From: an uncultured Gammaproteobacteria bacterium
GTDB lineage: Bacteria; Pseudomonadota; Gammaproteobacteria; CAWCPV01
Assembly (NCBI GenBank): GCA_963797555.1
Contig: CAWCPV010000004.1
Location: 416,001 to 480,000 of the forward strand
Length of the DNA: 64,000 nucleotides
Reading direction: 5' to 3'
Made by a program: the position numbers and the translations under genes. The notes under the pieces were generated by a model. The model ran no database searches and was not told where the DNA came from. It saw only the letters and a program-made list of their open reading frames with translations. Of this stretch, positions 1 to 8,296 are shown in pieces. The number at the start of each line of letters is the position of its first letter. Within the stretch, counting starts at the first letter, position 1.

Positions 1-750
1 CAGCCCAAACACCTCGTGCAGGAACTCCCGGACCAGGCGGATGGACAGGCGCATCCGAAACCGCAGCCAGACGATGAAGGCGCACAATCCCGGCCCCACC
101 AGGCGCCACTCGCCAAGCTCCACCCCTCGCCAGCATCCCAAGTGCTCGGGCGCGCGGTGCGGCGCCTGCCGGGTCTCATGACCACAGTCGCAACGGCTCT
201 GGTAGTATACCTGCCGCGTGCAGGTCAGGCGCAGCCCCGGCGCCTGCTCATCGCCAAAGACCAAGTCCAGCCTATCAAAGGCGGTGTAGGGCTTCGCCTG
301 CTCAGGATTGAGCGCCCCACCACACAGCGCACAACTTCCCGGCCGATGATGGTCCCAATCGGTGACTGTCAGCTTCTGGGCGCGCCCGAATCCCTGGGAG
401 CCAGGCTGCCGGCCCGCTCGGCGCTGCGTCCCTGAGGTCTTGCCACTCGTGTCCTTTGCGCCCTTCTGGCCGCCAGCCCCGGGGAGGCCATCCTCCTCAG
501 AACGGCTCTTGGCCTCCTCGTCCTCAGGACCGGCGTCGGCCTCTTCGTCCTCCCGCGCACGCAGCCAGGGGTCTTGACTGCTCGGCGGACGAGAGCTATT
601 GGAGGGACTCTGATTGAGCCGCTCCCACGCTTCCTTGAGATCCTGCAGCAGGCGGATGCTCAGCGCTGCCAGCGCATCGGGATCCTTCTGCCTCAGCTCC
701 AGAATGCGCTCCTCGCTGAGCTGACGAAGGTCGTGCTCCTTGAGCACCAT
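1..750 (-). CDS. IS66-family transposase (single-ORF, ISBst12-like group), N-terminal part; runs off the window start
   Basis: Not in the ORF track because it has no stop inside the window. Manual translation from ATG at 750: MVLKEHDLRQLSEERILEL...LKEAWERLNQSPSNSSRPPSSQDPW...RAGRQPGSQGFGRAQKL...CALCG...SRCDCGH...LVGPGL. The NSSxPPSS motif, GxQPG motif and zinc ribbon are typical of IS66 TnpC. Confidence 0.88.
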   Translation of the reverse strand, partial: MVLKEHDLRQLSEERILELRQKDPDALAALSIRLLQDLKEAWERLNQSPSNSSRPPSSQDPWLRAREDEEADAGPEDEEAKSRSEEDGLPGAGGQKGAKDTSGKTSGTQRRAGRQPGSQGFGRAQKLTVTDWDHHRPGSCALCGGALNPEQAKPYTAFDRLDLVFGDEQAPGLRLTCTRQVYYQSRCDCGHETRQAPHRAPEHLGCWRGVELGEWRLVGPGLCAFIVWLRFRMRLSIRLVREFLHEVFGL

Positions 751-867
751 GATTGTGTGTGACAGTGAGGTCGAGGAACATCCTGCCAAGGGCACCCAAC
801 TGTCTCACGCTGGAACCGTTTTGTCCAGCCCTCCGGGTCAAAATATTCCAGGGGGGTGAACGGTTAC
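1..867 (-). mobile_element. IS66-family insertion sequence (partial); left end at 867
   Basis: Minus strand from 867 reads GTAACCGTTCACCCCCC, a typical IS66 GTAA terminus, about 115 bp upstream of the transposase start. Confidence 0.8.
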
Positions 868-972
868 GAATCATGGTGTTCATGGATGTGAACCTTGCTG
901 ATTACAAGATCCAAAAGGAGGAGCTGCGCCGCATGGCCGATTTCCTGCGCCTGGCTCGCGGCATCAAGAAAC

Positions 973-1809
973 GGCTCTTTCCGGAATCGTGTGGGTAGCA
1001 ATGCCTATGCCGCGGCAGCATCTGCGTGAGATCTGACACCAGGGGGTGTGTTGAACGGCGAGGCGGGCAGGTGGGCGAGATTGCCGGCGATGAGGTAGGC
1101 GATGCACACCTGCTCGATGGCCTGCGGGTCGCCGCCGTGCGCCTTGAGGTCGGCGGCGAAGGCCGCCACGGTGCTCTGGTCGCGGCCCTCGCAGGCGAAC
1201 AGCAGGCGTTTTCCCGTGAGGTCATGGAACAGGCTGATGTAGTGCTGTCCACGCCGGGCAGCGGTCTCGTCCAGGCCCACAGCGCTCACCTGCGAGTGGT
1301 CCTCCTGAGCACGGGCCCTGCCTACGTAGTGCTCGATCACCCCCCACAGGCGCTCATCGCCCACGCCCAGGTGCCGGGCGAGGGTCGCGACCGGCATGGC
1401 CTGGCACAGCGTGACCACCAGCGCCTCCATCAGCGCCGTGAAGCCACTGTGTGCGCGCGCCCACGGCGGTTCGACCTGGGTCGTCTTGCCGCAGGCCTCG
1501 CAGCGCACCCGCGGCAGATGCGCGTGCAGGTACGCCCGTGACTTAAAGAAGCTCAGGTGCTGCCAACTGCGCTCCCATGTGTCGTGCACCGGCTGGCCTT
1601 GCACTCCGCAGGCCGGGCAGGCAAAGCGGCTGCCCTTGACAAACGCCACATCGAGGTCGATGCGTCCAGCCTCGGGGTCGAACCGCACGTCGGTGACCTC
1701 CCAAGGCACCATCAGGCCCAGTGCCGTGGTAAACAGATGCGTGGGCTGCACGGTGCTCCCCCCTTGGATGACGGCCTGTGGATGGGTGGACGAGTCCTGC
1801 AGAACAGCC
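973..1809 (-). mobile_element. ISL3-family element, internally deleted
   Basis: Imperfect terminal IRs: GGCTCTTTCCGGAATCGT (973, +) and GGCTGTTCTGCAGGACTCGT (1809, -). They enclose an ISL3 transposase ORF. The element is only ~840 bp long. Confidence 0.8.
1005..1751 (-). pseudogene. ISL3-family transposase with internal deletion
   Basis: GTG at 1751 after a GGGAG RBS; LFTTALGL..PW, CPACG...HD, PRVRCEACG, PWAR..SGFT, VGLDET..RRGQHYI. After 'IEQVCI' the sequence jumps directly to the C-terminal 'AYLIAGNL', so the rest of the catalytic domain is missing. Confidence 0.85.
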
Positions 1810-2073
1810 CGCATCCGAAAGACCGTGTGGACAACCTCCCGCTGGCCCCACCCGAGGGGCCTCTCGCCCACCACCCCAACGACAAAATGTTGTGATAAGC
1901 GACCGGTCAGAACAGATGCTACTTGACTACCACCACCCACACAATTGCCGAAAGAGCCCAAGAAACCCAGGTAGTTTCCTAACACATAAAAAACGACTCC
2001 ACTTTGAGCGTATTCCAAGAATACTAGCTGTTCCGTAGGCTTTCCCTGTCGAGTTCCAACATGAGACAGCAAC

Positions 2074-2301
2074 ATGTCAGAACGCATCCTGCGGAGTCCC
2101 GAAGTTGAGGCGCGCACAGGCCTGGGAAAGTCCGAGCGCGCCCGCCGCATCAAGCATGGCGAATTCCCCGCCCCGATCCCCCTGGGCACGCGCGCCGTGG
2201 GCTGGCTTGAATCCGACATCGAGCGTTGGATTGCGGGCCGGGTCGAGGCCGCGCGCCAGTCCCCGCCCCGCGGCCCCGCGGTGCGCCGGCGCAGGAGCTA
2301 A
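2074..2301 (+). CDS. alpA: AlpA-family phage regulator/excisionase
   Basis: RILRSPEVEARTGLGKS...IKHGEFPAPIPLGTRAVGWLESDIERWI matches the AlpA pattern. Confidence 0.9.
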   Translation: MSERILRSPEVEARTGLGKSERARRIKHGEFPAPIPLGTRAVGWLESDIERWIAGRVEAARQSPPRGPAVRRRRS

Positions 2302-2304
2302 TCC

Positions 2305-2631
2305 GTGCCGCGGCCCAGCATCATCGCCACACTTCCCTCCGAGCTGCGCGACGAGCTAACCCGCCGCATTGTCGCGAGTGCTTTTGCGGATATCGCCAGC
2401 CATTCGAGATGGCTTGGCGAGCGGGGCTTCCCCTGCTGCAAATCTTCAGTGGGCCGCTACTCGCTCAAGCTCAAGCGCCGGCAATTCCTCACCGGGGACG
2501 TATTGCCGGCCTTGGAGTTAGCGTTCAACACCTTGCGGAGCGCGATCGAGGTGCTTGAGGCCGGCCGCCCTCCGAAGGCCCCCGTATCTCATTCCAACGA
2601 GGAGGAGGCGTCGGTAGATGAACGGCTATGA
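2305..2631 (+). CDS. DUF3486 / phage Mu gp27-like protein
   Basis: N-terminus MPRPSIIATLPSELRDELTRRIV..F......RWL.ERGF...KSSVGRY resembles the Mu gp27/DUF3486 N-terminal motif; the protein is shorter than typical members. Confidence 0.65.
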   Translation: MPRPSIIATLPSELRDELTRRIVASAFADIASHSRWLGERGFPCCKSSVGRYSLKLKRRQFLTGDVLPALELAFNTLRSAIEVLEAGRPPKAPVSHSNEEEASVDERL

Positions 2632-2858
2632 GCGGGCAGCAGCGCGCCACGGCGCTGGAGAGGATCTCCCGCCTGGAGGCCGAGCTAGGGTTCTTCGTCA
2701 TACACGCCAGGACGGCCGCCAAGATTCTCGAATGGATCATCCCGTGGGCGAAGATGACCGGCGTTGAGTGCCTGCATGCCTACAGTATCTTGAACCTGCC
2801 GCCCTCTATCTCGGCCTTCATCCAAACATCACCCAACGCCGCACGGCCGCACCCATGA
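2628..2858 (+). CDS. hypothetical protein (element replication operon)
   Basis: ATGA overlaps with both neighbouring genes. Confidence 0.5.
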   Translation: MSGQQRATALERISRLEAELGFFVIHARTAAKILEWIIPWAKMTGVECLHAYSILNLPPSISAFIQTSPNAARPHP

Positions 2859-3103
2859 CCGCGCTGATCGAGGTGCGCAATAGCTCGGAACTCGTCGGCC
2901 GCTGTGACGCCTCCTGCTACGAGGCGCAGCACGCACCCTGCGAGTGCGTCTGCCGAGGCCGGAACCACGGCGCGGGCATCAAGCAGGCCACCAGCAACAT
3001 CCGCGAGCTGGCGCAAGGGTGTATCTCCGATTTGAAGGCAAGACGCCCCGAGGCCGCAAGCTTCAAGGTGCCCGATGAGATCGTTCAGCTCGCGCTGCTA
3101 TGA
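2855..3103 (+). CDS. small Cys-rich phage-like hypothetical protein
   Basis: ATG at 2855 coupled to the upstream stop; motif CDASCYEA..PCECVCRGRNHGAG. Confidence 0.6.
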   Translation: MTALIEVRNSSELVGRCDASCYEAQHAPCECVCRGRNHGAGIKQATSNIRELAQGCISDLKARRPEAASFKVPDEIVQLALL

Positions 3104-3112
3104 GGGGCCGCC

Positions 3113-4009
3113 ATGAAGAGCTACGCCGACCATGGGATCGAGCTGCCCGCCCATCGCGGGGGCGAGATTCGCACCTTCTGCCCGCAATGCCGGGAGCATC
3201 ACAAGGGCCGCAGCAAAACCTTGTCGGTGAACACCGATAAGGCCGCCTGGTGCTGCTTCCGATGCGGCTGGAAGGGAGGCCTTCAGGGGGGTGAGCTGCA
3301 GGGCCCGGGAGCACCGCCGCGCCCGGACGAGATCCCGGACATCAGCGCGCAGCGCCGGGAGCGGCTGCGCAAGACCTGGGCTCAGTCGCGGCCGGTGGAG
3401 GCGGGCGATCCGGTAGATCGCTACCTGCGCTCGCGTGGTCTCGCCCTGGAGGGTTGCCCCGCGGTGCTGCGCCATCATCCCGCCTTGCCCTATCACGACG
3501 ATGACGGGTACCCCTTGGGCGGCTTCCCGGCAATGCTCGCGCGGGTAGATGACCCCAAGGGGCAAGGGGTGTGCATTCATCGCACCTATCTGACCCCGGA
3601 CGGCCGCAAGGCGCCCGTCCCAACGGTGAAGAAGCTGATGAGCCCGGCAGTTCCGGGCTCGCTTGCCGGCGCCGCGATCAGGCTGATCGAGCCCCTGGAC
3701 ACCTTGCTGATTGCCGAGGGCATTGAGACGGCGCTGGCCGGCTATGTCGAGACCAGGATCCCGGCCTGGTCTGCGATCTGCGCGAACGGGCTCGAGGCTG
3801 TGATCCTGCCGCTCGGGGTGAGGCTCATCTACATCATGGCCGATCGTGACCCGAACGGCCGCGGTGAAAAGGCCGCCAAGGTGCTGGCGCGGCGCCTGCT
3901 GCTGCAAGACCGGGATGCCCGGATCGTGCTGCCGGAAGGCCCGCCGGATGTGGCAATCGACTGGGCCAACGTCCATCTCGAGCAAATGCGCGCGAGGGAT
4001 CTGTCATGA
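3113..4009 (+). CDS. Zn-finger + TOPRIM primase (satellite/plasmid type)
   Basis: CPQC...WCCFRCG zinc domain; YLRSRGL, IHRTYL, IAEGIETALA and IMADRD TOPRIM motifs. Confidence 0.88.
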   Translation: MKSYADHGIELPAHRGGEIRTFCPQCREHHKGRSKTLSVNTDKAAWCCFRCGWKGGLQGGELQGPGAPPRPDEIPDISAQRRERLRKTWAQSRPVEAGDPVDRYLRSRGLALEGCPAVLRHHPALPYHDDDGYPLGGFPAMLARVDDPKGQGVCIHRTYLTPDGRKAPVPTVKKLMSPAVPGSLAGAAIRLIEPLDTLLIAEGIETALAGYVETRIPAWSAICANGLEAVILPLGVRLIYIMADRDPNGRGEKAAKVLARRLLLQDRDARIVLPEGPPDVAIDWANVHLEQMRARDLS

Positions 4010-5784
4010 AGACCCCGACCGACGATACCCCCAAGTTCACTTTGGCGGTATCCAACGTCGCGCCCAAGCCCTGGCAAGCCGCTGAAGTCCCTCCCGGCTG
4101 GCGTCTGGATAAGAACGGGGTGTGGTTCCTCAAGCGCGACAAGGACGGCAGCGAGGAGCCGGTTCAGGTATCCGGGCCGGTGTGGGTCATTGCCCTTGCG
4201 CGCGACGGCCGCAAACGCGATTGGGGAACAGTGGTGCAGTGGCTCGAAATGGATGGCGGGCTGCATCAGTGGGCGATGCCACGCCAACGGCTTCATGAGC
4301 AGGGACCCGGACTTGCTCAGGAGCTGGCGGCCGAGGGGCTGTTCATCATCCCCGGTCAGGAGCGGCGGCTGAACGCGTATCTCGGGCACTTCCAGCCGAA
4401 GGTCAGGTTTCAGTCCGTGCCGGTGCTCGGCTGGGCCGAAGACGCGAGCGGCCGGCTTGTCTACGTGCTACCCGCGAGCATCCTTGCCCCGGGCGAATCT
4501 ATCGAGCGGGTGGTGTTCCAGCCCGAGCGTTATTCCCCCACCCAGCACACCATGCACCCGAGCGGGCTGCTGCAGCAGTGGATCGATCAAGTGGCCACAC
4601 CCTGCCGGGGCAATCCCTTGCTCATCTTCGGCCTGTGCGTCGCCTTCACCGGGCCGCTGCTCAAGCATACGCACCTCTCGGACGGGGGTTTTCATGTCTA
4701 CGGGCTGTCGAGCCGGGGCAAGACGACGCTCGCCCAGGTGGCCGCATCGGTGTGGGGCTGTGGCGCGGACCCGTCCGAAGCCCCTTCGCTCGCTTACGTG
4801 CAGCGCTGGAATGCGACGGCAAACGCCCTCGAAGGCCTGGCCGCAGCCCATAACGACGGCATCCTGATCTTGGATGAGCTCGGCACCTGCTCGGCGGCTG
4901 ATTTCGGCCAGGTGGTCTATAACCTGGCGGGCGGGCAGGGCAAGAGCGCCTTCGATTCCAACCGCAACCTGAAGTCGCGCCGGCAGTGGCGCATCATGAT
5001 CCTGAGCACCGGCGAGGCTTCCACGCGCGCCAAGATCGAGGAGCGCGGCAAGACTTCGAGGGGCGGGCACTTGGTGCGCCTGCTCGATATCCGGGTCAGT
5101 GACGAGGTCATCTCCGATCCCCACGGCGAGGCACCGGCGCAGTTCGTGCGCTCGCTCAAGCGAACCTGCGCCACGGTCTACGGCACCGCAGGGCCGGCCT
5201 TTGTCGTGGCGCTGCTGGAACGGTTCTCGGACGTGCATGCGCTGCGAGTCTTCCTCAAGGAGCGCATGGACCAGATCGCCGAGGGCTTCATCCCGACCGA
5301 GGCATCCCAGGAGCAGGCCCGCGCCATGCAGAAGCTGGTCCAGACCCAGCTCGCCGGGCGGCTTGCGGCGGAGCTGGGCATCCTGCCCTTCGAGCCCGAG
5401 GAGATCGACGACGCGCTGCACCTGGTGCGCGATCTGTGGATGGAAGAAGGCGCCTCGCTGCCCGACGCCGAGCGCGGCATCGAGGCCGTAAAGGACTTCA
5501 TGCTGAAGCACGAGACGAGGTTCCGGGAGATGACGAGCCCGGACCCGGTGAGGGACGCGGCAGGGTTCATCGACCGCGGCCGGAGGCTGTATCTGTTCAC
5601 CCGGCAAGGGTTCAAGGAGGCATGTAACGGCCAGGATCACCGGGAGGTCGCCCGAGCGCTGGCTGACAGAAGCATGCTGTTTCGAGACGACCTCGATCGG
5701 TATGTCAGCAAGCATTGCGCCCCAGGGCATGGCAAGGACCGGCTCAGCCTGTATGCGGTCAAGATCGACCTGCTTTCGCGGTGA
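4006..5784 (+). CDS. DUF927-domain replicative helicase (Cch-like)
   Basis: DWG..VQW N-terminal DUF927 region; Walker A GLSSRGKTT; WNATANALEG; Walker B LILDEL; GxGK; LSTGE; GTAG. Confidence 0.9.
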   Translation: MKTPTDDTPKFTLAVSNVAPKPWQAAEVPPGWRLDKNGVWFLKRDKDGSEEPVQVSGPVWVIALARDGRKRDWGTVVQWLEMDGGLHQWAMPRQRLHEQGPGLAQELAAEGLFIIPGQERRLNAYLGHFQPKVRFQSVPVLGWAEDASGRLVYVLPASILAPGESIERVVFQPERYSPTQHTMHPSGLLQQWIDQVATPCRGNPLLIFGLCVAFTGPLLKHTHLSDGGFHVYGLSSRGKTTLAQVAASVWGCGADPSEAPSLAYVQRWNATANALEGLAAAHNDGILILDELGTCSAADFGQVVYNLAGGQGKSAFDSNRNLKSRRQWRIMILSTGEASTRAKIEERGKTSRGGHLVRLLDIRVSDEVISDPHGEAPAQFVRSLKRTCATVYGTAGPAFVVALLERFSDVHALRVFLKERMDQIAEGFIPTEASQEQARAMQKLVQTQLAGRLAAELGILPFEPEEIDDALHLVRDLWMEEGASLPDAERGIEAVKDFMLKHETRFREMTSPDPVRDAAGFIDRGRRLYLFTRQGFKEACNGQDHREVARALADRSMLFRDDLDRYVSKHCAPGHGKDRLSLYAVKIDLLSR

Positions 5785-5812
5785 AAAAACGCTGGAATAT
5801 CGTTTTTTCCAC

Positions 5813-6105
5813 GGGACACGCGGGACAGCGGGACAAACCCCACTGAGGTAACGCTCTCGCGTGTCCCGCGGGCAAAAACCGTCACGGGACAGCGGGACAC
5901 ATCCTACTGCCGCAATGATAGCGTTGTCGCACTGGGCTCTGTCCCACTTGTCCCGCGCCCATTCCCGGTTACGGGACAGCGGCAAGCATTGTCGCTCTAC
6001 GCGCTGTCCCGCTGTCCCGCTTGTCCCGCTCCATTTTGAGAGTTTCAGCCTTTTTCACCGGACGCCCAACCTGACCAAAGCCTTTGCCGCTCTGGGCGCT
6101 GTCCC
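5813..6105. repeat. GGGACA/TGTCCC iteron cluster, putative replication origin
   Basis: 13 copies: 5813, 5822, 5830, 5862, 5886, 5894, 5940, 5949, 5973, 6005, 6013, 6022, 6100. Segments 5813-5835 and 6005-6027 form a 23-bp inverted repeat with 1 mismatch. Lies directly after the helicase gene. Confidence 0.75.
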
Positions 6106-6122
6106 GTTTGATAGGTCAGGCT

Positions 6123-6151
6123 ACTGTAACAGTGTAGTCATGTGTTACAGT
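6123..6151. promoter_or_regulatory. inverted-repeat operator upstream of the KfrA-like gene
   Basis: ACTGTAACA-N11-TGTTACAGT, a perfect 9-bp IR just upstream of the RBS. Confidence 0.5.
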
Positions 6152-6174
6152 GAGTTACGGGAGGGAAGCCCACC

Positions 6175-6678
6175 ATGCGTAAGCAAGCGACGATGCAGAG
6201 GGTCAACGATGCGGTGGAGGCGCTGCAGGCCGAAGGCAAGGCCGTCACCTGCCGGGCCGTGCGGGAGTGGCTGGGCGGGGGGAGCCTCACGACAGTCGGG
6301 AAGGCGCTGAGGGATCTGCGGGAGCGGAAGGCTGGCCAAGCGCAGCCCGACGATCCCCTGACCGAGATTAGAGTTCGGGTCCAGGCCATCGAGGAGAGGT
6401 TGGCCACCCTCGAAGGCAGGCGCGGGACCTGCCGGCCGCCGGTCAGGCGCCCCTCCCTGGGCGCTGCGACGGCAATCTGCCCAGCGGGCTCGGGCGAGGG
6501 TATGCGAGTTGGGGGTAGGTCGGGTCAGCGCAGCGTAACCCGACGCGGGTTGTGTCGGGTTACGCCCGGGGCGGCCTTAACCCGACCTACGGGTCAGCGG
6601 GAGCACACCTTGTCCCAGACCTTATCCATCTCGCCTGGGGCCATATCGCTTTCTAGGACATGCATGCTGCCGCCCTAG
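6175..6678 (+). CDS. KfrA-N domain DNA-binding protein (C-terminal part probably degenerate)
   Basis: V..AVEALQAEGKAVT.RAVREWLGGGSLTTV...LR is the KfrA N-terminal HTH pattern, followed by a short coiled coil. Confidence 0.75.
   Translation: MRKQATMQRVNDAVEALQAEGKAVTCRAVREWLGGGSLTTVGKALRDLRERKAGQAQPDDPLTEIRVRVQAIEERLATLEGRRGTCRPPVRRPSLGAATAICPAGSGEGMRVGGRSGQRSVTRRGLCRVTPGAALTRPTGQREHTLSQTLSISPGAISLSRTCMLPP
6515..6590. repeat. GTAG-family REP doublet
   Basis: GTAGGTCGGGTCAGCGCAGCGTAACCCGAC ... GTCGGGTTACGCCCGGGGCGGCCTTAACCCGACCTAC; inverted pair of palindromes with GTAG/CTAC ends. Confidence 0.75.
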
Positions 6679-6950
6679 ACGAAGCGGTTATAACCCAGGT
6701 AACCGCCGAAGCTGTTCTTAGCGTTGACCTCTCCGCACACGGCGGGCGCGCCGAGGCCACGGCCGATTCGGACGTTGCGGAACATGGCGCTGCCCGGGTC
6801 CTTGAGCGTCGCCTTGACGCGCTCCTCATTGGCGCTGATGAAGCCAACTTCATCGAACGCCTCGCCACCATCCCGAGATGGCAGGTCGCGCAGGTTGGCG
6901 AACAGAACGATGGCGAGGATAACCGCGAGAACTCCGAGAACGATTTTCAT
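6675..6950 (-). CDS. exported/membrane hypothetical protein (prophage-type)
   Basis: ATG at 6950; hydrophobic N-terminus; LKDPGSAMF and VCGEVNAKNSFGGYLG motifs that I recognise from small prophage membrane proteins. Confidence 0.75.
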   Translation of the reverse strand: MKIVLGVLAVILAIVLFANLRDLPSRDGGEAFDEVGFISANEERVKATLKDPGSAMFRNVRIGRGLGAPAVCGEVNAKNSFGGYLGYNRFV

Positions 6951-7050
6951 GGTCCACAAACCCTCCCACTTCCGGCGTGCCAGACGGTGGACCAGATGGC
7001 GCGCATCGGATTCGCTGATGTTGTAACGGGCCACCAGCGTGGTGGCCCAT

Positions 7051-7274
7051 ATGAGGCAATCGATCGGCCGAGCTGCGCAAGCCGGACTCACTCAGGTGGA
7101 GCTTGCGAAACGCCTCGGGCTTAAGGGCGACGGAGCCATTCGATGGTGATCCACGGCAGAGGACGAGCCCGCCGCATCGAGGACGCGATCAGCATCACCA
7201 CAGGCATCTCGAAAGCTCGGCTCTGGCCGCAGTGGTATGGCGGGCATAACGGCGATCATAGGGCTGCCGCATGA
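7051..7274 (+). pseudogene. Mu Ner/Nlp-like HTH regulator, frameshifted
   Basis: Not in the ORF track. Joined frames read ...AGLTQVELAKRLGLKG / MVIHGRGRARRIEDAISITTGISKARLWPQWY, matching the Ner pattern E.AIA...G....LWP..Y. Confidence 0.6.
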
Positions 7275-7389
7275 CTCCATCGCATGTTGCCAATGATGCA
7301 AGCTCCTTGCGTCAGACGCAATCGTCGGTCCAGAGATCCAGTGCCCGGGCGCTCGGCCGCGCCCGGCCGAGATCCGGCCCGGCGATCCC

Positions 7390-7740
7390 ATGACCGAGCT
7401 TGGAGCAGAGTCAGGTCTCGAGGAGAGGCTGCTCACCCTCGAAGGCAGGCAGCCGGCCGCCGGTCAGGCGCCCATCCCTATCACCCGTGAGGCTCTGCGG
7501 GCCGCCTACCGCCGCGCCGTGGCTGACAGCGGCTTGTCAGACGTGCTGGTCTCGGACATCGCCCGCGGACTGCCCTGCGCACCGCTCGAAGGCGTCAAGG
7601 GACTGTTGCTGACGGAGTGCCGCGAAGGCCGCGCGGTGCGTTCCCTGGGTGACTGGAGCTTGTCGGGGGAAGAGACCCGGGGCCGCCGGCATCCGCATCC
7701 GCTGCTGGATGCCCGCGGGGGAAGGTCCACGAACTGCTGA
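7390..7740 (+). CDS. hypothetical protein; its start is paralogous to the KfrA-like coiled-coil end
   Basis: EERLLTLEGR versus EERLATLEGR in ORF 6175; matching nucleotide blocks. Confidence 0.4.
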   Translation: MTELGAESGLEERLLTLEGRQPAAGQAPIPITREALRAAYRRAVADSGLSDVLVSDIARGLPCAPLEGVKGLLLTECREGRAVRSLGDWSLSGEETRGRRHPHPLLDARGGRSTNC

Positions 7741-7807
7741 AGGATCTCGCCCGAGCGATGGCTGACGAGGTGCCCCCGCCGGCTCGGGCGAGGGTATGCG
7801 AGATCCC

Positions 7808-8296
7808 TTATGGAAGCAGGCGGGCCAGCTCGTCGCGCAGGGTTTTGATACGGGTCTGAGCCACTCCTATCTGGGTAGTGTACTTGGCGGTGACGGCTGA
7901 CATCTCAGCGGCGATGCTGCCCTCCAGGGTTGCGCCGGCGAGGTTGTTCATGGCGTAGCCCTTGCGCTCGCGCAGGGCCGCCAGCTCGCGCTCCATGCGG
8001 TCTTGGTCCGCGCTGATTTCCCCTTCCAGGTTGGCAATCTCGGCCTGGATGGATCGGCGCCTGGTCTCGACGGCCAACTGTGCCTGATCGGCCTCCGCCT
8101 GCTTTACCCGCGCCTGGGCGCTCGCTGCCTCAGAGGCGCTCGGGGCCACCACATGCAGCTCCTTGCGCTCCGCGCTCGGGGCGCAGGGCCGGTCGCTGAA
8201 GACGTTCTGGCCGTTGACCACGCACTGGTAATAGCCGCCCGCCTGCGCTGTCCCGCACGCGATCACTACAGCCCCAACGACTGCTGTCCCTCTCAT
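7808..8296 (-). CDS. DUF4124-domain secreted protein
   Basis: Signal peptide, YYQCVVNGQNVFSDRPC motif, C-terminal coiled coil; GGAGGAAGG RBS. Confidence 0.8.
   Translation of the reverse strand: MRGTAVVGAVVIACGTAQAGGYYQCVVNGQNVFSDRPCAPSAERKELHVVAPSASEAASAQARVKQAEADQAQLAVETRRRSIQAEIANLEGEISADQDRMERELAALRERKGYAMNNLAGATLEGSIAAEMSAVTAKYTTQIGVAQTRIKTLRDELARLLP

Noticed and set aside
16-435. Plus-strand ORFs at the window start
   Set aside because: Shadows of the minus-strand IS66 transposase.
1752-2219. N-terminal extension of the 404-aa ISL3 ORF
   Set aside because: It extends beyond the IS end (1809) and antisense into alpA; the real start is GTG at 1751.
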